Shown piece after piece: positions 9,102 through 20,329 of a stretch of DNA of 64,000 nucleotides. Within the stretch, counting starts at the first letter, position 1. Each line of letters starts with the position of its first letter. Origin of the DNA: Sphingomonas sp. (GTDB taxonomy: Bacteria > Pseudomonadota > Alphaproteobacteria > Sphingomonadales > Sphingomonadaceae); assembly GCF_031426035.1 (NCBI RefSeq), contig NZ_JANPKO010000096.1, positions 888 through 64,887 on the forward strand, in the 5' to 3' direction. Made by a program: the position numbers and the translations under genes. The notes below the pieces were generated by a model, which was not told the origin of the DNA, ran no database searches, and saw only the letters and a program-made list of their open reading frames with translations.

Positions 9102-10276
9102 TATTCCATGTCTCCGGTTTCGATGGGGATTTCGACGATAACGCTGAAACCGCCCTTATCGTTCTGCTTGGTGGTAAAACCGTGGGTCGCGCCATAGGCT
9201 TGCGCCAGGCGGTCGCGGATATTGGCCAGGCCGACTCCGGTCGACGGGCTGGCGGCAAACGCCGCATTCTCGCCGTCGCCATTGTCGGCAACTTCGATGC
9301 GCACCGCCTGGCCTTCGCGCCGCGCGGTGATCCAGATGTCGGCGCCGTCCTCGCGCGGGGTGACCGCATATTTGATCGCATTCTCGATCAAAGGCTGGAG
9401 CAGCAGCGACGGCAGCCGCGCGCCAATCGTCTCCGATTCGATCCGGAAATGCGGCCGCAGGCGGTCCTCGAAGCGCATCTTCTCGATCTCGAGATACAAC
9501 TTGAGCGTCTCGACTTCCTGCGCCAGCGTGACCTTGGCGGTCGGCTCGTTGGCCAGCGTGTAGCGCAGGAACGATGACAGCCTGGCGAGCATCGCATTGG
9601 CGCGCTCGGTCTGCTTGAGCAGCACCAGGGTCGAGATCGAATTCAACGTGTTGAACAGGAAGTGCGGGTTGAGCTGGTAGCGCAGCATCGCCAGCTGGGC
9701 GCTCGACGCCTGGCTCTCGAGCCGCTCGCGCTGGTCGATCTGCTCCTCCAGCAGGAGGAAATAATTGATCCCGTAATAGAGCGCCGCCCATGCCGCGAGC
9801 AGCGAGAAGTTGAGCAGGATCGCGCCCATGTAGGCGACCCCCGACGGCCGCGAGTCGGGCTTGAGGAAGGTTGCGAAACTCCACGTCTCGATCACCGAGA
9901 AGGCCGACGAGGCGAGCCCGACCGCGGCCAGCGACAGCAGCAAGGTGAGCACCGGGCGCATTTCGATCAGGCGGCGGAACAGCGAGCCGAGCAGCAGCGT
10001 CAGCGAGTAGCCGGTGGCAGTCAGCAGCAGCGCGTGGACGATGAACATCGCGCCCATGCTGTTGGCGAAGCCGGACAGCGAGCGGAGGATGAAATAGCCG
10101 CTCCAGCCGGCCGACTGGAGGATCCAGAAGGCGCGGTTCTTGTCGTCGAAGAACGGCCGGTCGAGTCCGATCCCGCGCGCGATCGGCGCCGCCGGAGACT
10201 GGATCTTGGGGGTCGCGGCGGCGCCGCGCGGCGCCGGCCGCGCCTGCCGCTCGAGGGCCGCGCTGTCGGTCGCCAT
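9101..10276 (-). CDS. LytS-type sensor histidine kinase
   Basis: TM helices, QLNPHFLFNTLNSI, LQPLIENAIKY, GVGLANIRDRL. Confidence 0.93.
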   Translation of the reverse strand: MATDSAALERQARPAPRGAAATPKIQSPAAPIARGIGLDRPFFDDKNRAFWILQSAGWSGYFILRSLSGFANSMGAMFIVHALLLTATGYSLTLLLGSLFRRLIEMRPVLTLLLSLAAVGLASSAFSVIETWSFATFLKPDSRPSGVAYMGAILLNFSLLAAWAALYYGINYFLLLEEQIDQRERLESQASSAQLAMLRYQLNPHFLFNTLNSISTLVLLKQTERANAMLARLSSFLRYTLANEPTAKVTLAQEVETLKLYLEIEKMRFEDRLRPHFRIESETIGARLPSLLLQPLIENAIKYAVTPREDGADIWITARREGQAVRIEVADNGDGENAAFAASPSTGVGLANIRDRLAQAYGATHGFTTKQNDKGGFSVIVEIPIETGDME

Positions 10277-10379
10277 CAGGTCTGCCGTGCCGAAAATTGC
10301 ATCGCCGACCGATATAGGCCGTCAACTTCGCCATTGCGAGCGGCGCCGCGGCGCGGCAAGCAGGGGGCGGGAGAACAGG

Positions 10380-10970
10380 ATGAACCAGCCACCGCTCCGC
10401 GCCGCTTTCCGCTCGATGGAGGAAGGCACCCCCGAGGATTGGGCGGTGATCGCCGACCATTTTATCCCCTACGCGCAGGATCTTCCCAGCCGCGTGCTGA
10501 CCCACTTGAAGCTGCTCGACGGCGATTTCGGCGGTTTTCCGATCGATCGCCTCCAGCACAGCCTGCAAACCGCCACCCGCGCCCACCGCGGGGGCGAGGA
10601 CGAGGACTATGTCGTGATGGCGCTGCTCCACGACATCGGCGACACGCTCGGCAGCTACAATCACCCCGATATCGCCGCCGCCATCCTCAAGCCGTTCGTC
10701 GACGACCGCCTGGGCTGGATGTGCCAGCACCACGGCATCTTCCAGGGCTATTATTTCTTCCACTACATCGGGCTCGACCGCGACATGCGCGAGGCGTTCC
10801 GTGGCCACCAATATTTCGAGGATACCGCGCGTTTCTGCGAAATCTACGACCAGACCGCGTTCGACCCCGCCTACGACAGCGCCCCGCTGGAGTTCTTCGA
10901 GCCGATGGTTCGCCGCGTGCTCGCGGCACCCAAACGCTCGGTCTACGTTGGTATCGGCGAATCCGGCTGA
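10380..10970 (+). CDS. HD-domain metalloprotein
   Basis: HSLQTATRA...ALLHDIGD...HH motif pattern. Confidence 0.8.
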   Translation: MNQPPLRAAFRSMEEGTPEDWAVIADHFIPYAQDLPSRVLTHLKLLDGDFGGFPIDRLQHSLQTATRAHRGGEDEDYVVMALLHDIGDTLGSYNHPDIAAAILKPFVDDRLGWMCQHHGIFQGYYFFHYIGLDRDMREAFRGHQYFEDTARFCEIYDQTAFDPAYDSAPLEFFEPMVRRVLAAPKRSVYVGIGESG

Positions 10971-11003
10971 ACCGAGCCGCCTGAACCGAGGAAGTTTCGA
11001 CCG

Positions 11004-12932
11004 ATGACATCGTTGTTGCGCGCGGCCGCCGCCGCTGCTGCTGTGCTGATTGCCGCGTGCCAGGCCAACCCGTCCCCGCCGCCGAGCGAGGCGGGCGCGA
11101 GCAAGGCCGCGCCGGTGCTGGCGAGCGAAGACGCCAAGGACATCCACAGCTACGCGCGGCCGCTGGAGGCGCGCGTGACCCATGTCGCGCTCGACCTCGC
11201 GGTCGATTTCGCGGCCAAAAGCATCGGCGGCACCGCCACCCTCGATATCGAGCGCAAGCCCGACGCCAAGGAGATCGTGCTCGACAGCCGCGGCCTGCGC
11301 ATCGCCGCCGTCGCCGACCAGGCAGGCAAGCCGCTGCAATGGAAAATGGGCGCGAACGACGCCAACCTCGGCGAGCCGGTGACCATCTCGCTCGGCCCGG
11401 ACACCCGCAAGCTCGCCATCCGCTACCAGTCGGCGGCCGAGGGCGGGGCGCTGCAATGGCTGACGCCTCAGCAAACCGCGGGCAAGCGCCACCCCTATCT
11501 GTTCAGCCAGGGCCAGTCGATCGACAACCGCAGCTGGATCCCGACCCAGGATTCGCCCGGCGTGCGCCAGAGCTGGGAAGCCACCATCCGCGTCCCCGCG
11601 CCACTCACCGCGGTGATGAGCGCGGCGGCGGTCGGCGAGCCGGACACCGACGGCGCCAACCGCGTGTTCAAGTTCCGCATGGCCAACCCGGTCGCCTCCT
11701 ACCTGATCGCGATCGCGGTGGGTGATTTGCAATTCCGCTCGCTCGGGGCGCGCTCGGGGGTGTGGACCGAACCGTCGATGCTCGATGCCGCCGCGCGCGA
11801 GCTCGCTGACACCGAGAAGATGATCGACGCCGCGGAGAAATTATACGGGCCCTACCGCTGGGGCCGCTACGACATGATCGTCCTGCCGCCGTCGTTCCCG
11901 TTCGGCGGCATGGAAAACCCGATGATGACGTTTTTGACCCCGACCTTCCTCGCCGGGGACAAGAGCCTGGTCAGCCTGATCGCGCACGAGCTGGCGCACA
12001 GCTGGTCGGGCAATCTCGCGACCAACGCGACCTGGGCCGATTTCTGGCTCAACGAGGGCATGACCACCTACGCCGAGCGGCGGATCGTCGAGGAACTGTA
12101 CGGTCCCAAGGTCGCGGCGCAGCAGGTCGCGCTCGGCATCGACGCGCAAAACAAGGCGGTGACCGAGGCCGGCGGCCCGGCCGCGCCCGACAGCCGGCTC
12201 CATATCGACCTCGCCGGCCGCCATCCCGACGACGGCCTGACCGATATTGCCTATGAAAAAGGCGCCGCCTTCCTGCGCATGGTCGAGGCCGCGGTCGGGC
12301 GCGAGCGGTTCGATGCCTACATGCGCAGCTGGTTCGACCGCCACGCCTTCCAGCCGGTGACGTCAGCGCTGTTCTTGGCGGATTTGCGGAAGAATCTGGT
12401 CAAGGGCGACGAGGCGCTCGAAGCCAGGCTCAAGCTCGACGAATGGGTCTATCGGCCCGGCATTCCGGACAATGCGGTGGCGGCCGACCTCAAGGCATTC
12501 GCCGCGGTCGATGCCGCGGTGGCGGCGTTCAGCGGCGGGGGCGCGCCCGACGCGGCGCAATGGAACGCCTGGAACACCGACGAACGCCTCCGTTTACTCA
12601 ACAAATTGCCGCGCAAGCTGCCCGCCGCGCGCATGGCGGAGCTCGACCGCGCGTTCAGCCTGTCGACCGCCGGGAACATGGAGGTCCGCTTCGCCTGGCT
12701 CGAGCTGGCGGTGGCCAGCCGGTTCGACCCCGCGGTGCCCGCGCTCGAGCAATTCCTGACCACGCAGGGGCGCCGGAAATTCGTCCGTCCGCTGCTCACG
12801 GCGCTGGCCGAAGACGCTGGCTGGGGCCGCCCGATCGCGGCGCGGGTCTACCCCACGGCGCGCCCGCTTTATCACCCGATGGTGACGCGCGAGCTCGACG
12901 AATTAAAACTTGGCGCAGCTCCCGGCTCTTAA
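11004..12932 (+). CDS. M1 aminopeptidase (leukotriene A4 hydrolase-like) lipoprotein
   Basis: GGMEN, HELAH-x18-E, lipobox IAAC. Confidence 0.93.
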   Translation: MTSLLRAAAAAAAVLIAACQANPSPPPSEAGASKAAPVLASEDAKDIHSYARPLEARVTHVALDLAVDFAAKSIGGTATLDIERKPDAKEIVLDSRGLRIAAVADQAGKPLQWKMGANDANLGEPVTISLGPDTRKLAIRYQSAAEGGALQWLTPQQTAGKRHPYLFSQGQSIDNRSWIPTQDSPGVRQSWEATIRVPAPLTAVMSAAAVGEPDTDGANRVFKFRMANPVASYLIAIAVGDLQFRSLGARSGVWTEPSMLDAAARELADTEKMIDAAEKLYGPYRWGRYDMIVLPPSFPFGGMENPMMTFLTPTFLAGDKSLVSLIAHELAHSWSGNLATNATWADFWLNEGMTTYAERRIVEELYGPKVAAQQVALGIDAQNKAVTEAGGPAAPDSRLHIDLAGRHPDDGLTDIAYEKGAAFLRMVEAAVGRERFDAYMRSWFDRHAFQPVTSALFLADLRKNLVKGDEALEARLKLDEWVYRPGIPDNAVAADLKAFAAVDAAVAAFSGGGAPDAAQWNAWNTDERLRLLNKLPRKLPAARMAELDRAFSLSTAGNMEVRFAWLELAVASRFDPAVPALEQFLTTQGRRKFVRPLLTALAEDAGWGRPIAARVYPTARPLYHPMVTRELDELKLGAAPGS

Positions 12933-12987
12933 CTGCCTTTTCACCCTCTTCGTCTACCGCTGGCTTCGACCAGAGAAGCGAGACCGG

Positions 12988-15324
12988 ATGTACGAGGCTC
13001 CCGACCGCTATAAGCGGATGACTGCTGCGCGCCTTCCGGACGGTGAGTCCCTCGGCGTGACGGCGCGCGACGCGGATGCCGAAGGCTCGCCGCTGCGTGA
13101 CATCCAGCTGATTTCGCGGGCCCACCTCGCTCCGTTCTTCGCGGCGGCGAATGCGGTTGCCGCCGGCATCATTATCGCCGCCTTGTGGGGCGATGTTTCG
13201 CTTTCGCTGCTGGTGCCGTGGGCGGGGGCGATCGGGCTGGTCAATTTTGTCGCGATGAAGTTCGCCCGCAACCAGGCGATCACCCACGTCGGCCGCTCGG
13301 GACGCAAGATCAACGACGTCACGCTGATCGGCGAAGTGGTGGTGCGCGCGGCGCTGTGGATGTCGCTCCCGCTGTACCTGTTCGGCTCGCTCGATCCGGG
13401 GTCGCAGGTGATCACTGCGACGATCATGGCCGGGCTCGGCATTGCCGCGCTCGGGCTGGTGGTGGTGCCGGCCTGCGCCATCGCGTGGATGTCGATGTTC
13501 ACCCTCGGGCTCAACATCGCCCTGCTGCTCGGTCGCAACACGGTGCCGTTCCAGCACATGCTGTCGATCCTGTTCACCTTCGGCGTTGCCATTTTCGGCG
13601 TCCTGATCGTCGCCCGCTGGGCTTTCCACCAGTTGCAGACCAACGCCGATTTCGGCGCCCAGAGCGAAAGCGCGAGCCTGCTGCTGCAGGAATATGAGCA
13701 GCGCGGCGTCGGCTGGCTGTGGCAGGTCGATAACGAGAACCGCGTGTCCTACATCTCGTCGCGCATGACCGCCTTGCTCGGCCGCCCGGCGAGCCAGTTG
13801 CTCGGCCATTCGCAGCCCTCGCTGCTCGGCGGCAATGCCGAGCTGGGGCGCATGCTGCTGGCGCGCGAATCGTTCAACTCGTTCGAAATGGAGCTCAAGA
13901 CCGCGCGCGGGCCGCGCTGGATCTCGATCGCCGGCGACCCGATCGTCGACACCGCCGGGCGCTTCGAGGGCTTCCGCGGGGTCGGATCCGACATCACCGA
14001 AATGCGCCACACCCAGGAGCGCCTGACCCACCTCGCCAACATGGACGTGCTGTCGGGCCTGCCCAACCGCGGCCGCGTCCGGCAATTGCTCGGCGAATCG
14101 CTGCGCGCGGCGACCGTCAGCAATGTCCCCTGCGCGATCCTGTTCCTCGACCTCGACGGGTTCAAGCCGGTCAACGACACCTTTGGCCACCCCAAGGGCG
14201 ACGCGGTCCTCCGCGCGGTCGCCAAGCGGCTGGTCGACGAGGTCGGCGCCGACGGCCATGTCGGGCGCATGGGCGGCGACGAGTTCGCCATCGTCGTCAC
14301 CGACGCGCAGAGCCGGATGACCATCGAGCAATTGTCCGACCGCATCATCAAGGCGGTCGCCCAGCCGTACATCATCGACCAGACCGAGATTAGCATCGGG
14401 GTCTCGATCGGCTGCGCGTTCGGCCCGATCGACGGCGCCACGGTCGACGACCTCATCCTCAAGGCCGACCTTGCCCTGTACGAGGCCAAGGGCGCCGGCC
14501 GCGGCATCGCGCGCTACTTCTCGTCGGCGCTGCAGTCGGAGCAGGAAGACCGCGTGCGGCTCGAGACCGACCTCCGCCAGGCGATCGCGTCGAAGCAGTT
14601 CCACCTCAACTTCCAGCCTTTGGTCAGCGCCAAGACTCAGAAATTGATCGGGTTCGAGGCGCTGATCCGCTGGAACCATCCGCAGCGCGGCAACGTCCCG
14701 CCCAACGTGTTCATCCCGGTCGCCGAGGAATCGGGCCTGATGAGCGCGATCGGCGAGTGGGTCATCGACGAGGCGTGCCGCGCCTGCGCGTCGTGGCCCG
14801 AGCCGATCACCGTCGCGCTCAACATCAGCCCCAAGCAGATCATTTTGCCGGCGCTGCCCAACACCGTCAGCGAGGCGCTCGCCCGCTGCAAGCTGCCCGG
14901 CAACCGCATCGAGCTGGAAGTCACCGAAGGCGTGTTCCTCGGCGACAACGGGGCGACCGTCGATGTGCTGAAACGCCTGCGCGCTTTGGGCGTGCGCATC
15001 GCGCTCGACGATTTCGGCACCGGCTACTCCTCGATCGGTTATTTGAACAAGGCGGTGTTCCACAAATTGAAGATCGACGGCAGCTTCGTGCGCGAGGCCG
15101 GCACGCGCCCCGAGAACGTCGCGATCATCCAGTCGATCGTCCAGCTCGCCAACAGTTTCCGCATGTCGGTCACCGCCGAGGGCGTCGAGACGGTCGAGGA
15201 TTTCGAGCGCATGCGCGATCTCGGCTGCGACATCATCCAGGGCTATCTGTTCGGCCGCCCCTTGTCCTACGAGCGCGCCAACGAAATGGTCATCGGCCTG
15301 AAAGCCAAGCGCCTCGCCGGCTAG
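12988..15324 (+). CDS. Membrane PAS-GGDEF-EAL diguanylate cyclase/phosphodiesterase (start uncertain)
   Basis: Intact GGDEF, EAL and DDFGTGYSS motifs; N-terminal TM bundle. Confidence 0.92.
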   Translation: MYEAPDRYKRMTAARLPDGESLGVTARDADAEGSPLRDIQLISRAHLAPFFAAANAVAAGIIIAALWGDVSLSLLVPWAGAIGLVNFVAMKFARNQAITHVGRSGRKINDVTLIGEVVVRAALWMSLPLYLFGSLDPGSQVITATIMAGLGIAALGLVVVPACAIAWMSMFTLGLNIALLLGRNTVPFQHMLSILFTFGVAIFGVLIVARWAFHQLQTNADFGAQSESASLLLQEYEQRGVGWLWQVDNENRVSYISSRMTALLGRPASQLLGHSQPSLLGGNAELGRMLLARESFNSFEMELKTARGPRWISIAGDPIVDTAGRFEGFRGVGSDITEMRHTQERLTHLANMDVLSGLPNRGRVRQLLGESLRAATVSNVPCAILFLDLDGFKPVNDTFGHPKGDAVLRAVAKRLVDEVGADGHVGRMGGDEFAIVVTDAQSRMTIEQLSDRIIKAVAQPYIIDQTEISIGVSIGCAFGPIDGATVDDLILKADLALYEAKGAGRGIARYFSSALQSEQEDRVRLETDLRQAIASKQFHLNFQPLVSAKTQKLIGFEALIRWNHPQRGNVPPNVFIPVAEESGLMSAIGEWVIDEACRACASWPEPITVALNISPKQIILPALPNTVSEALARCKLPGNRIELEVTEGVFLGDNGATVDVLKRLRALGVRIALDDFGTGYSSIGYLNKAVFHKLKIDGSFVREAGTRPENVAIIQSIVQLANSFRMSVTAEGVETVEDFERMRDLGCDIIQGYLFGRPLSYERANEMVIGLKAKRLAG

Positions 15325-15627
15325 TCAGAAACGCGCCGCGATGAACTCGCGCGCGCGGTCATATTCGTAAGGCGTGACGCGGCCATCGCGGTCGCCGTCG
15401 GCGATGATCTTGAACTGGCGCGCGGCGGGCTGCGCCTCGGCGATCGAGATGGTGCCGTCGCGATCGGCATCGAACTGCCCGAGCGCCCACGCGAGGAGGA
15501 TGCCGTCGCGGGTGAACAGCTCGGCCGCGCGCGGATTGGCGGGTGCGTTGGCGGGCACGATTTGCGCCGATGCCGCGCTGGCAGCGGCGGCGCCGATCAG
15601 GACGGCAGTCAGGCACAAGCGGAGCAT
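15325..15627 (-). CDS. Secreted EF-hand protein
   Basis: DADRDGTISIAE and DGDRDGRVTPYE loops; signal peptide. Confidence 0.8.
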   Translation of the reverse strand: MLRLCLTAVLIGAAAASAASAQIVPANAPANPRAAELFTRDGILLAWALGQFDADRDGTISIAEAQPAARQFKIIADGDRDGRVTPYEYDRAREFIAARF

Positions 15628-15682
15628 GGTCAGGCCCTTTCACCAGCCTCTCGTCCGCTCAACGCGCCATTTTGATCCGGGT

Positions 15683-18058
15683 TCAGTCGCGCTCCAGCGC
15701 GCTTCTCACCGCTTTGGCCAAGGCATCGGCGCGGAACGGCTTAGCCAATAACGGCGCATTGGGAGCAATCGCGCGGATCGCCTCGGTCTCGCTGTAGCCC
15801 GAGACGAACAGGATCGCCTGGTCGGGCCGCTCGGCGAGGATGCGGCTGGCGACCTCGGCGCCCGACAGCCCGGGCATGATGAAATCGAGCACCACCAGGT
15901 CGGGGCGCTCGGCGGCAATCGCGTCCAGGCCCGATTTGCCATCGGCCGCCTCGCGCACCTTGAGGCCCTGCTCGGCGAGGCTTTCGCAGATGAAGCTGCG
16001 GACGTCGGGGTCGTCGTCGATCACCAGCACCCGCGCCCGCCGCCGCGCCTGCGGCGCCGCCGCGACCTCTTCTTCGCCGGCATGCTCGGCGACCGGCTGG
16101 TCGGCGGCCCTGAACAACAGGCGCACGGTGGTGCCGTGGCCAGGCTCGCTGTCGATCGTAACGCTGCCGCCCGACTGGCGCGCCATGCCATAGACCATCG
16201 ACAGGCCGAGCCCGGTGCCCTTGCCGACTTCCTTGGTGGTGAAGAACGGCTCGAACGCGCGGCTCGCCACGTCGGCGTTCATCCCTTCGCCGGTATCGGT
16301 GATCGCCAGCTCGACATAGTCGCCGTCAGCCAGCACCGCGTCGCCCGCCAGCTCGACCAGCCGGGTCGAAATGCTCAGCACGCCGCCGTCGGGCATCGCG
16401 TCGCGGGCATTGATGACGAGGTTGAGTACCGCCACCTCGAGCTGGGTCGGGTCGGCCATCACCGGGATCATCTGCCCGGCGAGCGCGAAGCGCTTCTCGA
16501 TCCCCGGCCCGAGCACGTTGCGCAGCAGCGGCCGCATGTTCTCGATCAGCGGCCCGACGTGGACCGGCCGCACCTCGAGCCGCTGGACCCGGCTGAACGC
16601 CAGCAGCTGCCCGGTCAGGCGCGCTCCGCGCTCGGCTGCGGCGAGCGCGTTGGTGGCATAGCGCTTGAGCTTTTCCTCCTCGACGCGCTTGGCGATCAGG
16701 TCGAGCCCGCCGACCACCACCGTCAGCAGATTGTTGAAATCGTGCGCGATGCCGCCGGTCAATTGGCCCAAAGCCTCCATCTTCTGGCTCTGGCGCAATT
16801 GCTCCTGCGCGCCCTTCAGCTCGGTGATGTCGCGCGCCTCGAACAGGAGATAGATGATGTCGCCATTCTCGCCGCGCACGGGCTGCACCGAAATGTCGAG
16901 GAAAGCGGTGGGGACGCCTTCGCGCTCCATCTTCACTTCGCGGTTGAACAGCACGCCGGTGGCGGCCGCGGCGACCGCCTCCTGCATCAGGCCGATATGC
17001 TGGGGATAGGCCTGGAGCGTCGGCGCATCCCAGATCTTGCGGCCCAGCGCACTGTTCGGATTGGCGTCGCGCCACACCGCCTGCTTGCGGTTGAGCTGGA
17101 CGATGGTGCCGTCCGGCTCGAGCAGCACCAGCACCTCGAGCACGGTATCGAAAATGGCGCGGAACTGCGCTTCCGAGGCGGCCAGTTCCGCGGTGCGCTT
17201 GTCGACCTGCGCGCGCAGCTCGAGCTCGGCTTCCTTGGCCACCGTGATGTCGCTGGCGACCCCGATGAACCCGGTGAACTCGCCGTCGGCGCCGAACCGC
17301 GGTGACGACACGCTGCGCAGCCAGCGATACTCGCCGTCGGCTCGCAGATAGCGCCCCTCGAGCGGGAACGGTTCTCGGCTGGCCTCGCCGGCGATGCTCT
17401 CGGCGACGATGCGGTCGACGTCGTCGGCGTGGATGCGGCCGCGCCAGTCGAACGCGCGCGCTTCCTCGCGGCTCATGCCGAGGAAATCGGCATAGGCGTC
17501 GTTGACGAAGTCGCGGGTGCGGTCGAGCCGGGTGACCCACATCAGCGCCGGCGCCGAATCGGCGATGCGGCGGAAGCGGCGCTCGCTTTCCTTCAAGGCG
17601 CGTTCGGCGGCGCGCTGCTCGGTGACGTCGCTGACCAGGATCACCACGCCCTGGACGGAGCCGTCGGCGGGGTTGATCCACGGCACGTAATCGGTCTGGA
17701 CGGCCAGCGGCCCGCGCGTCGGATGCTCGAAGTCGGAGGCGAAATACTGGCGGTCGCCGGCCAGCGCCGCGGCGATCATCGGCTTGCGCACGTCGTACGC
17801 CGCCGTCCCGAGCACCTCCTCCAGCGTGCGGCCGAGGATCTCGGTGCGGGGCCGCTCGAACCACTCGGCGAGCGGCTTGTTGAGGAAGCGGTAGCGCTGC
17901 TCGCGGTCGACATAGGCGACCAGCACCGGCAGCAAGTCGGCCAGCGCCAGCATCCCCGGCTGGCTGAACATTTCATGCGGCAGCTCGAGCGGGCCGTCAT
18001 CCCCCGCCGCGCGTCCACGCGTCGGGGATTTGCCCTTGGAATCAAGTGTGCGCGCCAT
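15683..18058 (-). CDS. PAS-domain hybrid histidine kinase/response regulator
   Basis: Three PAS domains, HDFNNLL H-box, KGTGLGL, C-terminal REC domain. Confidence 0.93.
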   Translation of the reverse strand: MARTLDSKGKSPTRGRAAGDDGPLELPHEMFSQPGMLALADLLPVLVAYVDREQRYRFLNKPLAEWFERPRTEILGRTLEEVLGTAAYDVRKPMIAAALAGDRQYFASDFEHPTRGPLAVQTDYVPWINPADGSVQGVVILVSDVTEQRAAERALKESERRFRRIADSAPALMWVTRLDRTRDFVNDAYADFLGMSREEARAFDWRGRIHADDVDRIVAESIAGEASREPFPLEGRYLRADGEYRWLRSVSSPRFGADGEFTGFIGVASDITVAKEAELELRAQVDKRTAELAASEAQFRAIFDTVLEVLVLLEPDGTIVQLNRKQAVWRDANPNSALGRKIWDAPTLQAYPQHIGLMQEAVAAAATGVLFNREVKMEREGVPTAFLDISVQPVRGENGDIIYLLFEARDITELKGAQEQLRQSQKMEALGQLTGGIAHDFNNLLTVVVGGLDLIAKRVEEEKLKRYATNALAAAERGARLTGQLLAFSRVQRLEVRPVHVGPLIENMRPLLRNVLGPGIEKRFALAGQMIPVMADPTQLEVAVLNLVINARDAMPDGGVLSISTRLVELAGDAVLADGDYVELAITDTGEGMNADVASRAFEPFFTTKEVGKGTGLGLSMVYGMARQSGGSVTIDSEPGHGTTVRLLFRAADQPVAEHAGEEEVAAAPQARRRARVLVIDDDPDVRSFICESLAEQGLKVREAADGKSGLDAIAAERPDLVVLDFIMPGLSGAEVASRILAERPDQAILFVSGYSETEAIRAIAPNAPLLAKPFRADALAKAVRSALERD

Positions 18059-18286
18059 CGCCGGCCATGATTGCCACAATCCGCGCCGAAGTCACGGCGG
18101 CAAATGGCGGCCCGGGCCGAACCGCGACTGTTGTGCCGGCAACACGCCCGCGCAGCGAAGTGACGTCCATTCGCCGATCGGTTCAACAACTGTTAGTTTA
18201 TGGGCTATTATGCATGTACTGGCACCGGTTCGCCGCGTCCCGTGAGGGCGCGACCGGCAAGCAGGTATATTGAGGGGGCGAGAGCC

Positions 18287-19663
18287 TTGTCGCAGCTGTT
18301 GGGACGACTGGCGCTGGGGGCTGCGGGAGCAGCGCTGATGGCGGCTGCCCCCGCTGGCGCGGCCGACCTTGCCGTCCCGGCCACGGTGCCGGCTGAATCG
18401 CCGATGGCCGCGCCCGCTGCGGCACCCGCACCGGCGCCTGCCGTCGACCCGGTTCCGGCCGGAACCGCGATCGCAGTCGCGGCCTATTACAAGGCGCGCC
18501 AGGACCAGCCGATCTGGCTGCGCAATGCCAACAACATCGAGGCCGCGCGCTCGCTGGTGCCGATCCTGAAGCGCGGCGAGCTTGACGGTCTCGCCAACGC
18601 CCCGGCGCATGCCGCGGCGGTCGAGGCCGCTTTGGCCAGGCTGCCCGCCGCGACCCCCGCCGCCGCGCTCGAAATCGAAAAGACCATTTCCGCCGCGTGG
18701 GTGCTGTATTTCCAGGCCCTCAAGGCGCCGGTGCCCGGGATCGCCTTCGGCGACCCCAATTTGGCGCCGCGCCCGCTGACCCCCGAACGCGTGCTGCTCC
18801 AGGTCGACCACGCGGCCTCGGCCTTGTCCTATGTCCAGACGGCGGCGCGGGTGAACCCGATCTACGCCCAGCTGCGCGACGCCGCGTGGAGCCAATTGCA
18901 GGTTCCCGGCGGGGTCGTCGACGGGCGGCTGGTGGCCAACCTCGCCCGCGCCCGCATGCTGCCGCAAAGCGGCCGCTACGTGATCGTCGACAACGCCACG
19001 CAGCGCCTGTTCATGTATCAGGACGGCCAGCTGCAGGATTCGATGAAGGTCGTCGTCGGCAAGCGCGCGACGCCGACCCCGCTGGTCGTCAGCACGATCA
19101 GCTACGCCACCTTCAACCCCTATTGGAACATCCCCACCGACGTCGTCCGCCGCACCGTCGCGCCGGCCGTGGTCAAGAAGGGCGTGGCGCATTTGAAGGC
19201 GTCGAATTTCGAGGTGGCGTCGGACTGGACCGATCAAGCGACCACCGTCGCGCCCGACACCGTCGACTGGAAGGCGGTTGCCGCCGGCACCCAGGAGATC
19301 CGCATCCGCCAGCTGCCGGGCAAGAAGAACATGATGGGGGCGATGAAGTTCAACTTCCCCAACGCCGACGGCATCTATCTCCACGATTCGCCGCTGCGCG
19401 ACCTGTTCACCAAGCCGCAGCGCAATTTCAGCTTGGGCTGCATCCGCCTCGAGGATGCCCCGCGGCTGGCACAGTGGCTGCTCGGCCGCGAGCCGGTGCC
19501 GCCGTCGGCCGACCCCGAGCAGCACGTCAAGCTGCCCAAGAGCGTTCCGGTCTACGTCACCTATCTCACGGCGCATGCCGAGAACGGCCAGGTGACCTTT
19601 GCGCAGGACGTCTACGGGCTCGACGCCGCGCAGTCGGCGAGCCGGCTGGCCGCGGCCAACTAG
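18287..19663 (+). CDS. L,D-transpeptidase family protein (YcbB-like)
   Basis: MKVVVGK, WNIP, IYLHDSP...SLGCIRL; TTG start with RBS. Confidence 0.9.
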   Translation: MSQLLGRLALGAAGAALMAAAPAGAADLAVPATVPAESPMAAPAAAPAPAPAVDPVPAGTAIAVAAYYKARQDQPIWLRNANNIEAARSLVPILKRGELDGLANAPAHAAAVEAALARLPAATPAAALEIEKTISAAWVLYFQALKAPVPGIAFGDPNLAPRPLTPERVLLQVDHAASALSYVQTAARVNPIYAQLRDAAWSQLQVPGGVVDGRLVANLARARMLPQSGRYVIVDNATQRLFMYQDGQLQDSMKVVVGKRATPTPLVVSTISYATFNPYWNIPTDVVRRTVAPAVVKKGVAHLKASNFEVASDWTDQATTVAPDTVDWKAVAAGTQEIRIRQLPGKKNMMGAMKFNFPNADGIYLHDSPLRDLFTKPQRNFSLGCIRLEDAPRLAQWLLGREPVPPSADPEQHVKLPKSVPVYVTYLTAHAENGQVTFAQDVYGLDAAQSASRLAAAN

Positions 19664-19753
19664 CGCGGCCGTCCTCGCCCTGCCGCGATGGGCAGGCGCC
19701 GAACTTGGTGGTAATCGTGCGGGCGCCGCCACCCGCGGCCGGAACCGCTGGCC

Positions 19754-20329
19754 ATGACCGACGCACCACCGCCCAACGGCTCCGCCTTGTGCCTCGACTG
19801 CGCGCTGTGCTGCCACGGCGTGCTCCACGACCGCGCCGACCTCGAAGCTGAAGAAGTCGATCAGATGCGCGCGCTCGGCATCGAAATCGAACGAACCGGC
19901 GATGATGCCTCGTTCATCCTGCCGTGCCCCAAGGTGGCGGGGACGGTGTGCACCATCTACGACCAGCGCCCGTCGTGCTGCAGCGGATACCGCTGCGGCC
20001 TGCTCGACAATTACACCTCCGGGCGGATCACGCGGGACACCGCGCTGTCCTATGTCGCGGAGGCGAAACGGCTGCTCCAGCTGCTCGGCGAGACGCTTCC
20101 GCCGGGCCAGTCGCTGCGCGCGGCACGGGCGGAATGGCGCTCGGGCGAGATGTTGCGCCGGGCCCAGGCGGCGGACGGCGAGGGCCGGCGCACCGGGGGC
20201 CTCAACCAGCTCAACATGACCGTGCTGGGACGCTTGCTCGACCGCCATTTCCTCGCCCCGCGCGAGCCGCGGATGGTCGCCTCGCCGGCCGAGATGGCAC
20301 CTACCGAACCCGGCGGCACCGGCGTCTAA
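19754..20329 (+). CDS. YkgJ-family cysteine-cluster protein
   Basis: CLDCALCC...CP...CTIYDQRPSCCSGYRC. Confidence 0.85.
   Translation: MTDAPPPNGSALCLDCALCCHGVLHDRADLEAEEVDQMRALGIEIERTGDDASFILPCPKVAGTVCTIYDQRPSCCSGYRCGLLDNYTSGRITRDTALSYVAEAKRLLQLLGETLPPGQSLRAARAEWRSGEMLRRAQAADGEGRRTGGLNQLNMTVLGRLLDRHFLAPREPRMVASPAEMAPTEPGGTGV

Noticed and set aside
10967-10990. 10-bp direct repeat CTGAACCGAG
   Set aside because: Short, only two copies, and no supporting context.
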